The notes beneath the pieces were generated by a model. It searched no databases. It saw only the letters and a list, made by a program, of their open reading frames with translations, and was not told the origin of the DNA. A DNA stretch of 46,762 bases from NCBI GenBank assembly GCA_050248615.1, contig JBFWSA010000016.1, positions 1-46,762 on the forward strand, given 5' to 3'. The position numbers were made by a program, and so were the translations under genes. Shown here piece after piece: positions 39,131-46,762 of this stretch. How positions within the stretch are numbered: position 1 is the first letter of the stretch; the number at the start of each line of letters is the position of its first letter. Source of the stretch: Simkaniaceae bacterium. Its GTDB lineage: Bacteria > Chlamydiota > Chlamydiia > Chlamydiales > Simkaniaceae.

Positions 39131-40020
39131 GTCCTCTTGAAGAAGCGGTTTCTAGATTATGTGAGGGGGTGAGTGAAAAAGACCTTGCGCGTGCAGCAGA
39201 AGAGCTTACAACACGTTATCAGACGTTAAAAAGTCATCAAACTGACCTTCACCGTTTAGTCTATCTATGTGTTCGTATGCCAGCAACATACGCCGCACTT
39301 TGCCGCGTTTTTCAAGAGTTCGAGGTTCCTCAAACAGTCCTCGATTGTGGTGCTGGTCCAGGAACAGCTATCTGGGCCCTTCCTGGTCATCAACTCACGT
39401 TGATTGAAAAAGATCCAGAATTTGTAAAGCTAGGAAAAAAACTTTCTCCTGATGCCACAGTCACTTGGAAAACGGAAAGCTTTTTAGAGATCAAAGACCG
39501 GGCAGAGATGATTCTTTTTTCCTATTCCCTCAATGAAATTCCTCCTTCAAAGCTCTCTCAAGTCATCTGTCAAGCTTACCGTCAAACAGAGAATCTCATC
39601 ACTGTTATTGAGCCAGGAACCCCTGAAGGGTTTGAGCGGATTCGCAAAGTGCGCACGCAACTTTTAGACCTAGGAATGTCTCTTTTAGCTCCCTGTCCCC
39701 ACCACAATACGTGCCCGATGCAAGGAGATAATTGGTGTCACTTCTCGGTGCGACTTCCCCGCACCTCTCTCCATCGTCGCATAAAAAAGGGGAGTCTCGG
39801 GTTTGAAGATGAGAAATTTTCCTACCTTGTCGCTTCGAAAAAACCCTTTTCTCCTGAAGGAATGCGTGTTGTACGCCATCCTCTTAAAAGGAGAGGGCAT
39901 GTCATTTTGGATCTTTGTACAAAGGAGGGGTTGATCCAACTCGTTTCAACAAAACACAAAAAAGCGAAGTGGGGAGATCTAATGAAACGAATAGTTGAAG
40001 ATGAAGGTTTTCGAATCTAA
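39127..40020 (+). CDS. Rsm22/METTL17-family methyltransferase-like protein
   Basis: Y...RMPATYAA, LDCGAGPGTA, IEPGTPEGF, APCPH..CP....CHFS, EDEKFSY. Confidence 0.85.
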   Translation: MSPLEEAVSRLCEGVSEKDLARAAEELTTRYQTLKSHQTDLHRLVYLCVRMPATYAALCRVFQEFEVPQTVLDCGAGPGTAIWALPGHQLTLIEKDPEFVKLGKKLSPDATVTWKTESFLEIKDRAEMILFSYSLNEIPPSKLSQVICQAYRQTENLITVIEPGTPEGFERIRKVRTQLLDLGMSLLAPCPHHNTCPMQGDNWCHFSVRLPRTSLHRRIKKGSLGFEDEKFSYLVASKKPFSPEGMRVVRHPLKRRGHVILDLCTKEGLIQLVSTKHKKAKWGDLMKRIVEDEGFRI

Positions 40021-40025
40021 AACAA

Positions 40026-40060
40026 CTCTCTTCTCTTTACAGGGAATTCAGAGAAGAGAG
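40026..40060. terminator. Hairpin between convergent genes
   Basis: CTCTCTTCTCT...AGAGAAGAGAG, an 11-bp inverted repeat just after the stop at 40020. Confidence 0.5.
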
Positions 40061-40112
40061 CCGATCAATACACTCAAGTAGGCCCCTTTATGTATTTATT
40101 AGGATTTCATGT

Positions 40113-41096
40113 TTACATATGAAATGCTATTGCTGCATAAGGTCCAGAATAAGAGAAGTTATTTGTAGTAATTGAAGCAATTCTTTGAACTTGAATTTGA
40201 GGAATTTCTAGAAATCCCGTAAGCGAGTCAAAGACTCCAATATAAGTAGCAACTTGATATCCAGCTTCAATTCTTAAGGATGATTTATTTTTAAAGGTAA
40301 AATCATATCTAAGAGCTAGTTTTCCACCAACTGTTGGAACAACACGGTTGGTACTTGGGGATTCATACTTAGAAACCCCAAAAAAGTTTAGCAAAGAATT
40401 AGCTTTAACTCCGCCAACTAAGAGTGTTGCATCAAAGTGAGAATATAGTTTCAGTCCTTTGTAAAGAGTATATAATCCGTCAAGGGCAAAAGCAGGCCCA
40501 ACTCCCCAATAGGATGTTCTTACATGCCCGACGAGAAAAGTAAGATTGTGTTTTAAGTCAGCCCAACGAATACCAATTGAGGGAGATAACTCTAAATGGT
40601 TATCCGCTAGGAAAAAACGGTGCCCAGCTCTTGCATCAACTTGATTAAGTCGATATTTTAGATAGGCATCACTAACAAATTCTTGTCCTGGGGTTAATGG
40701 TAATCCTACGTTAAAGAATATACTTCCAAAACTGATAGGATTGTCTGATGTGTCATTATAATTATGCTTTGAATTCGATAAGTAAAAATATTCTGCTTCT
40801 ACAAAGTTAGGAAGAGAAGAAGCATCATACCCAACAAGAGCACCGCAAGCAAATTTATAATCTGCTTTAGAAGGCTTACTTAATGATCGGATTCCCCCAT
40901 CTGAGGTGTATTGCCAGCTATCTGTAAAAGAGCCAATTCCTGTTTCGCTTGGCAAAAGGGCTGCTCCAGTTAATTTCAAATAGAATCCAGATTGATAATC
41001 TTCTGAGGTGGTACTTGTAGAAGAACTAAGAGTTGAATTTGCAATTACCGAACTTGTATAAGTAGCAATAAAAAAAAATAAAAAAAACTTCTTCAT
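40113..41096 (-). CDS. Lpg1974-family outer-membrane porin (divergent, AT-rich)
   Basis: Signal peptide, alternating beta-strand pattern, YWGVGP, IEAGYQ, YSGPY. Confidence 0.75.
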   Translation of the reverse strand: MKKFFLFFFIATYTSSVIANSTLSSSTSTTSEDYQSGFYLKLTGAALLPSETGIGSFTDSWQYTSDGGIRSLSKPSKADYKFACGALVGYDASSLPNFVEAEYFYLSNSKHNYNDTSDNPISFGSIFFNVGLPLTPGQEFVSDAYLKYRLNQVDARAGHRFFLADNHLELSPSIGIRWADLKHNLTFLVGHVRTSYWGVGPAFALDGLYTLYKGLKLYSHFDATLLVGGVKANSLLNFFGVSKYESPSTNRVVPTVGGKLALRYDFTFKNKSSLRIEAGYQVATYIGVFDSLTGFLEIPQIQVQRIASITTNNFSYSGPYAAIAFHM

Positions 41097-41110
41097 AAAA
41101 ACTTCTTCAT
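41083..41110. repeat. 14-bp tandem duplication containing the porin start codon
   Basis: AAAAACTTCTTCAT x2 (41083-41096 and 41097-41110). Confidence 0.85.
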
Positions 41111-41222
41111 AAAAAATTAAACACTTTAAACATAAATATATTTTTTGGTCTTTTAATTCAAGGAGTATACTTAAAAAATTAGTTTTTAGATAGTTAGCAG
41201 CGAAATAAGTGAAAACCCGGAG

Positions 41223-41825
41223 TTAGATCCAGAAAGGAATCACTTCCTGATTGATCACTTTTTTTTCTGTCCGAGAAGCTTGATAGTGGAGAATAAAAGC
41301 TTCTTCTCCCTCTTCTCTTTTGTCGTAGACCATATAGTAGGATTTGGGTAGACCATAGATGTTTGCTTGACTAGTGAGAAGGACGTTTCTAAGAGCGATC
41401 TGATCCCAAACATGGGGTTCTGTTTGGAGAAGATAGTCACACTCAATGTCCCAAGCTTGTAAAATTTCAAAAGCGGCTGCAGTAGGGTTGAGATAAATCG
41501 TACCGGAAATCATTTTTGAAGGGTGGGTGTCGGGAACAGTTTCGACAATGCGGAGGGCAATATCGGGGGAAAAATCTTCAAACAGAGTAGGTTTTTGAAC
41601 AAACTCTGCATCGGCGTCAATCCAAAGAACTGGCTTTTTGAGATCGCTCAATTTTTGGAGAATGTATTTAGGTTTGTAGCAACAGTTCCGCTCCCATGTT
41701 CCTAAGTTGGGAATAGGATCAATTGAATAAGGGAGTTTAAATTTTTCGCAAGAGGCGATGAGGCGCTTTACCTCTATTTCATAAGCGGTATCTTGGGTGT
41801 AATAGGAAATGATTGTAGGATACAT
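41223..41825 (-). CDS. Nucleotide-diphospho-sugar (GT-A fold) glycosyltransferase
   Basis: KPKYIL, VLWIDADAEF (DxD), SGTIYL, WDQIAL, HYQASR. Confidence 0.75.
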   Translation of the reverse strand: MYPTIISYYTQDTAYEIEVKRLIASCEKFKLPYSIDPIPNLGTWERNCCYKPKYILQKLSDLKKPVLWIDADAEFVQKPTLFEDFSPDIALRIVETVPDTHPSKMISGTIYLNPTAAAFEILQAWDIECDYLLQTEPHVWDQIALRNVLLTSQANIYGLPKSYYMVYDKREEGEEAFILHYQASRTEKKVINQEVIPFWI

Positions 41826-43243
41826 TAGAATTCTATTGTGGGAATTGTGGTTTCTAAAGTGAGATGTTTCTCTAAGATAGGCTCCACTTCGAGTTTGAGG
41901 AATGCGATGACCTGCTCTTTAGAACGTCCGGTTAATTTTTCGGGTTTGAGCTCATCAGAAAGGGCTTTTTCTGAAAATCCTAAAGCATCGAGAAGGGTTT
42001 TGAGTAAGTCGGGAGCTTTTCCTGTTTCTTTCTTTTGTTTGGCAGCTTCAAAGGTTAAAACTCTGAGCTGTTCATGGGTCTTTTGGCGATCTTTTCCTTG
42101 CAATGCTGCTGCTGCTAATAGGATTTCAGTAGAGATATAGGGAAGGTGTTCTAAAAGATGAGTCTCCATGAGTTTAGGGTAGATTTTTAGCCCATCGGTG
42201 ATCGAATAAAGGAGGTTGAGAATACTATCCGTAGCAAGAAAAGCTTCAGGAATGGTAAGGCGGCGGTTGGAAGAGTCATCAAGAGAGCGTTCTAGCCACT
42301 GTAAAGAGGCGTTATCAGCACTATTATGCCAGAGATTCATGATAAAGCGGGAAAGACCGCAAATACGCTCAGAGAAGATGGGATTACGTTTATAGGGCAT
42401 CGCGGAAGAACCGACTTGTTTTTGCCCAAAAGGCTCTTCGATCTCCCCCAAATGAGAGAGGAGACGCAGGTCTGTCGCATATTTATGGGCACTTGAGGCG
42501 ATGCTAGCGAGGCAAGAGAGGATGCGAAGTTCTTGTTTGCGGGGAAAGGTTTGACTAGCAATCGTAAAGGACTTTGTAAAACCCATCTTTGTTGTCACGT
42601 GATTGTCTAGAGCCAGTACTTTTTCATGGTCTCCTTCAAAAAGAGTTAAAAATGAGCTTTGGGTTCCGATAGCCCCTTTTACACCCAGAAAGGGAAAATC
42701 TTCCATGAGATAGAGAAGATCCTTAAAATCAGTTAAAAAGTCTTGGAGATAGAGACAAATCCGTTTTCCAAAGGTTGTTGCTTGTGCCGGTTGAAAGTGA
42801 GTATAGCCTAAACAAGGGGTTTCGGCTTCTTGAAGAGCTAAATGATTGAGTTTTTCAATGAGGAGAATGAGTTTTCCCTTGAGGACTTTGAGACCTGTTT
42901 TAAGCTGCATAAGGTCTCCATTATCCATGACATATGAAGAGGTGGCTCCCAGGTGAATGATCCCTTTTGCATCGGGACAATCTTCTCCATAAGCATGAAT
43001 GTGTGCCATGACTTCATGACGGGTTTCACGTTCAAAAGCGCGGACTTTTTCAAAATCAATGGAGTGTTGTTTCGCTTTTAGCTCTGCGATTTGTTCATCT
43101 GTAATGTTGATGCCGAGATCTTTTTCTCCTTCTGCTAGAGCTACCCAAAGTTTTCGCCATGTTTTGTATTTAAAATGGGGAGAAAAAATCTCCTTCATTT
43201 CAGCACTTGCATAGCGTGTATTTAATGGGGTCTCATAATTCAT
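41825..43243 (-). CDS. purB: Adenylosuccinate lyase
   Basis: TPLNTRYAS, IHLGATS, GYTHFQPAQ, signature GSSAMPYKRNP, ERSLDDS. Confidence 0.95.
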   Translation of the reverse strand: MNYETPLNTRYASAEMKEIFSPHFKYKTWRKLWVALAEGEKDLGINITDEQIAELKAKQHSIDFEKVRAFERETRHEVMAHIHAYGEDCPDAKGIIHLGATSSYVMDNGDLMQLKTGLKVLKGKLILLIEKLNHLALQEAETPCLGYTHFQPAQATTFGKRICLYLQDFLTDFKDLLYLMEDFPFLGVKGAIGTQSSFLTLFEGDHEKVLALDNHVTTKMGFTKSFTIASQTFPRKQELRILSCLASIASSAHKYATDLRLLSHLGEIEEPFGQKQVGSSAMPYKRNPIFSERICGLSRFIMNLWHNSADNASLQWLERSLDDSSNRRLTIPEAFLATDSILNLLYSITDGLKIYPKLMETHLLEHLPYISTEILLAAAALQGKDRQKTHEQLRVLTFEAAKQKKETGKAPDLLKTLLDALGFSEKALSDELKPEKLTGRSKEQVIAFLKLEVEPILEKHLTLETTIPTIEF

Positions 43244-43965
43244 AATCGAGATTGGATCTCATGGATAATCTTTTTTAGCTCACTTTTCTCATCTTCAGTC
43301 GGGCTAAAAAGATCATCTTGTATAGCTTTTAATGCGCGCATCAAATGTTCCTGGGCATTTTTAGCTTTATTGGGATTCCGTTTATCTTGTTTGGCTAGGG
43401 GAAAGGCTTTACGCAGTTTTTCTAACAGTTCTGTCTTTGTTTCCCCTTGATAATTTTGGATAAAGGCCTCTTTTTTTTCATGGGGAACGGAGCGGCTTGA
43501 AAGGCTATAGATCGCCTGGCGCGGCATTTCGTCGATGATCCCCTGTAATTTCTTAGGAAGAGCCTGATAAAGCTCAAAATATTGCATAAAATTATAGGGT
43601 GTTTGGCGGTTTCCATAAGTTTTCAAAAGCCACGTGCTAAAGGCCCCATCGCGGTAGCTTTTAAAAAGTTGTTGGGCCCGTTTAATTCTTTCTCCATGCA
43701 AAATAACCGCTTGATTGCTGATGGCTTTTACTTCTGAAGTGATCGCTGTCAGAGATCTTAAGTCTGCACTGATGTCGGTGTTTTCTGTTTTATATTTTTC
43801 TAGAATGCTTTGAAGAGAAGCTTGTTCTTGCTCGCTGATAGGATTAACCTGAAAGACTCCCGCAAAACTGGAAAGCTGACCTGTATGGGAACGCTCGACA
43901 AGTTCATTCATCTTCTCCTTTTTGGGAGATTTAAAACGTTCCATTAAAGTGTTAAACTTTGACAT
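43240..43965 (-). CDS. CT583 / pGP6-D family protein (chromosomal paralog of chlamydial plasmid pGP6)
   Basis: QAVILHGERIKRAQ, GAFSTWL...YGNRQTPYNF, MPRQAIYSLSSR. Follows parA. Confidence 0.85.
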   Translation of the reverse strand: MSKFNTLMERFKSPKKEKMNELVERSHTGQLSSFAGVFQVNPISEQEQASLQSILEKYKTENTDISADLRSLTAITSEVKAISNQAVILHGERIKRAQQLFKSYRDGAFSTWLLKTYGNRQTPYNFMQYFELYQALPKKLQGIIDEMPRQAIYSLSSRSVPHEKKEAFIQNYQGETKTELLEKLRKAFPLAKQDKRNPNKAKNAQEHLMRALKAIQDDLFSPTEDEKSELKKIIHEIQSRL

Positions 43966-44729
43966 GTAAACCTGCTTGACATTTTGTTTAATAGTTCCTC
44001 TGCAAGGCCGGTTAAATCTTCGGCAGCGCGACTTTTCGGACGTGTGTCAAAAACGGGCTTGCCGTGTATTGAGGCCTCAGAAACAGCGATATCTCTTCTA
44101 ATTTTTGTCTGCAACTCTTTTCCGGGAAAAGTGTCGTTAATCACCTGTAAAAAATTCTCATTACTTTTTCCACGGGGATTCCAAAATGAAAGAGCCACTC
44201 CTAAAAGTTCGAAAGGGTGACGCTCAGAGATATAGTGCATAAAGTAGGAGAGGCGTTGCAAACCTTTAATACTATAAAATTCAGGTGTTGCACAAACTAA
44301 AGCATAATCACAAGCGATGAGGGCTGATTCGGTGAGCCAACAAAGAGAGGGAGGGGTATCGATAATGACAATATCATAATCCAGGGGCTCTAGGATTTTC
44401 TTGAGTTTTTCATGGGAGTAACGATCCGAAGCTAAAATCCCTGTGATCTCTACGCGTTCTAGCCAAGTATCAGCAGGAATGAGATCTAGACCTCCATGAT
44501 CTGTGTGAATAATCACTTCTTCAATCTGTTTATTTTCCTGCAAAACGGCAGCTAAACTATCATAATTATCGGGATCAAAACCCAAGCCTGCTGTTAAGTT
44601 AGCTTGAGCATCGAAATCCACCATCAAAACCCGTTTTCCATGGAACTTTGCAAGGGCTGCACCCACGTTTAGAGAAACAGATGTTTTTCCTGTCCCCCCT
44701 TTAAAACTGCAAACAGAAATGGTAATCAT
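43944..44729 (-). CDS. parA: ParA/MinD family ATPase (pGP5-D/CT582-like)
   Basis: Deviant Walker A KGGTGKTS, DFDAQANLT, IIDTPP. Confidence 0.9.
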   Translation of the reverse strand: MITISVCSFKGGTGKTSVSLNVGAALAKFHGKRVLMVDFDAQANLTAGLGFDPDNYDSLAAVLQENKQIEEVIIHTDHGGLDLIPADTWLERVEITGILASDRYSHEKLKKILEPLDYDIVIIDTPPSLCWLTESALIACDYALVCATPEFYSIKGLQRLSYFMHYISERHPFELLGVALSFWNPRGKSNENFLQVINDTFPGKELQTKIRRDIAVSEASIHGKPVFDTRPKSRAAEDLTGLAEELLNKMSSRFTCQSLTL

Positions 44730-44734
44730 TGGGA

Positions 44735-46654
44735 TTACTCCTTATTGAATGGAGAAGTTAACTGACGCTCTTTATATTCGATCGTGCATTTTTTCAGAAA
44801 ATCTTCTAACTGCATTTCTCCATGAACGACATTATCTCTTGTACGGAGGGCAATGGTTTTATTTTCGACCTCTTGATCACCCACTGTGAGCATGTAATTC
44901 ACTTGGAGGAGTTGGGCATTACGCACTTTTTTGCTTACAGATTCTGCTGAAGAGTCCACATCGCATAAAAAACCCTGTTTTTGAATAGAAGTTAAAACTT
45001 CTTTGGCATAATCCAAATGGCGATCGGCAACAGGGATTATGCGTAGGGGGAGGGGGCTCATCCAAAAGGGGAATTTTCCTGCAAAATGTTCAATTAAAAT
45101 CCCTAAGAAACGTTCGATAGACCCAAAAATAGCTCGGTGAATCATGATGGGACGTTTAAGCTCCCCATCACTATCTTTGTATTCGAGCTGAAATTTTTCA
45201 GGAAGCGCCATATCGAGTTGAACGGTTCCACATTGCCATCTCCTTCCAATCGCATCGTGGACGTGAAGGTCGATTTTAGGTCCGTAAAAGGCTCCATCTC
45301 CTGCATTAATTTTATAGGGCTGATCATAGGTATCTAAGGCTTCTTTGAGCCCTGCGGTAGCGACTTCCCAGTCTTGATCGGTTCCAATAGATTTTTCTGG
45401 GCGGGTAGAGAGTTCAAACGTGTATTCAAGTCCAAACGTCTGATAAATCTCGCGTACCAGTTTTAAGATATTTAAGATTTCATCTTTGATTTGGTCGGGT
45501 TTCATGAACAAGTGGGCATCATCTTGATGGAAGCCTTGGACACGGAATAGCCCGTTTAAAGCGCCTGAAGGCTCACGTCGATGCACATGCCCAAACTCAG
45601 CGACCCGTAAAGGAAATTCTCGGTAGCTGTGGGCATGTGTTTTGTAGTAAAGCATGCACCCCGGACAATTCATAGGCTTCACAGCGTAGGCTCTTTCTTC
45701 ACCCAGCTCGACGATGAACATATTCTCGCGGTAATGTTCCCAGTGACCCGAAAGTTCCCACAGCTCTTTAGTCATGAGTTGAGGTGTTTTGATGATTTCA
45801 TACTGGTGAGCGAGATGGGTTTCTTTCCAGTAAGTCACTAAGTGGTCCCATAGAGCCATTCCACGGGGGTGAAAAAAGGGCATGGCAGGAGCCTCTTCTC
45901 GAAAAGAAAAGAGATTTTGTTTTGTTCCAATCACCCGGTGATCCCGTTTTTTTGCTTCTTCCAGCATGTGGAGGTAGGCTTTAAGCATGTCTCGATTGGG
46001 AAAAGAGATACCATAAATGCGAGTTAGCATTGCCTTTGTCGCATCCCCACGCCAGTAAGCTCCGGAGGTTTTTAGAATTTTAAAGGCTTTAATTTTTCCT
46101 AAGTTGGGAAGATGGGGGCCACGACATAGATCGAAAAATTCTCCTTGGCGGTAGGCTGTTATGGGGCTTCCCTCTTCAAAACTTTCAATGAGCTCTCGTT
46201 TATAAGGATTGATTCCAAATTCTTTAATAGCCTCTGCTTTTCCTCTAAACCGGTGGAGCTCGGGTTTTAGATTTTCGTTTAGGATTTTCTTTATTTCATT
46301 CTCGATTTTGGGAAAGTCATCTTCGGAAATATGGAGGTTTGCAAAATCGTAATAGAATCCATTTTCAATGGGGGGGCCAATCGTAGGCTTTGCTTCTGGG
46401 TACAGGCGTAAGATAGCTTGAGCTAAAACATGGGCTGAGGTGTGCCAGAAGATTTCCTTGCCTTCTAAAGAGTCGAAGTCCCAAAAAGTCACTTCATCTC
46501 CCTCTTTAAGAGGATGGGATAGATCACGGGTAGTCCCATTGATCAAAGCAGCTAGTGCCTGGTGAGGCTCTTTCAGATTGAGCTTTTCGGCTAAATCTTT
46601 TGCGCAACTTCCTTCCGGAAGCTCGATTTCTTGGTCATTACATTTTACGTTCAT
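44735..46654 (-). CDS. thrS: Threonine--tRNA ligase
   Basis: TGS domain, HTSAH, DLCRGPH, RDHR, KPMNCP, GAFYGPKID, IHRAIFGS. Confidence 0.99.
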   Translation of the reverse strand: MNVKCNDQEIELPEGSCAKDLAEKLNLKEPHQALAALINGTTRDLSHPLKEGDEVTFWDFDSLEGKEIFWHTSAHVLAQAILRLYPEAKPTIGPPIENGFYYDFANLHISEDDFPKIENEIKKILNENLKPELHRFRGKAEAIKEFGINPYKRELIESFEEGSPITAYRQGEFFDLCRGPHLPNLGKIKAFKILKTSGAYWRGDATKAMLTRIYGISFPNRDMLKAYLHMLEEAKKRDHRVIGTKQNLFSFREEAPAMPFFHPRGMALWDHLVTYWKETHLAHQYEIIKTPQLMTKELWELSGHWEHYRENMFIVELGEERAYAVKPMNCPGCMLYYKTHAHSYREFPLRVAEFGHVHRREPSGALNGLFRVQGFHQDDAHLFMKPDQIKDEILNILKLVREIYQTFGLEYTFELSTRPEKSIGTDQDWEVATAGLKEALDTYDQPYKINAGDGAFYGPKIDLHVHDAIGRRWQCGTVQLDMALPEKFQLEYKDSDGELKRPIMIHRAIFGSIERFLGILIEHFAGKFPFWMSPLPLRIIPVADRHLDYAKEVLTSIQKQGFLCDVDSSAESVSKKVRNAQLLQVNYMLTVGDQEVENKTIALRTRDNVVHGEMQLEDFLKKCTIEYKERQLTSPFNKE

Positions 46655-46762
46655 AAGTTCCTATTCTATACTCAAACACCAAAAAATGTAAAGATATTGC
46701 TCACAAAAAAGATTCTTTTATAATAGGTTATTATATGAAGACTTTTAAAATTTTGATGATAA

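Noticed and set aside
1000..45841. Numerous 60-136 aa alternative-frame or antisense ORFs in the track
   Set aside because: They are nested within well-supported genes and lack RBS or recognisable motifs.

Overview
A 46.8-kb chromosomal segment of an environmental Chlamydiae bacterium, most likely Simkaniaceae-like. This assignment is inferred from the thrS-parA-CT583/pGP6-D order, the ispA-short glmU-tRNA-Pro order, the chlamydial-type gspD/E/F cluster and three Lpg1974/MOMP-like porins. Housekeeping genes include rsmD, a type II secretion cluster, copA, mutY, mreC, aspC, glk, recA, ispA, ung, purB, parA and thrS, plus tRNA-Ala(GGC) and tRNA-Pro(GGG). Non-obvious features read from the sequence: (1) a likely oriC, a DnaA-box cluster at about 36.87-37.03 kb where strand skew appears to flip; (2) a 163-bp fully palindromic MITE with 19-bp terminal inverted repeats and a TA duplication, inserted into a decayed ybaK gene whose frame is restored when the element is removed; (3) an AAA-ATPase/wHTH/PD-(D/E)xK gene preceded by a regular array, 2 x GATTTGGCT-N21-AGCCAAATC; (4) a consensus sigma54 promoter in front of an orphan FlgN-like gene and two TagF-like genes; (5) a secreted Cys-rich gene cut from its signal peptide by one in-frame stop; (6) a convergent pair of effector-like proteins, one possibly a MavL/macrodomain-like ADP-ribose enzyme. 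All homology calls come from motif recognition, not database searches.
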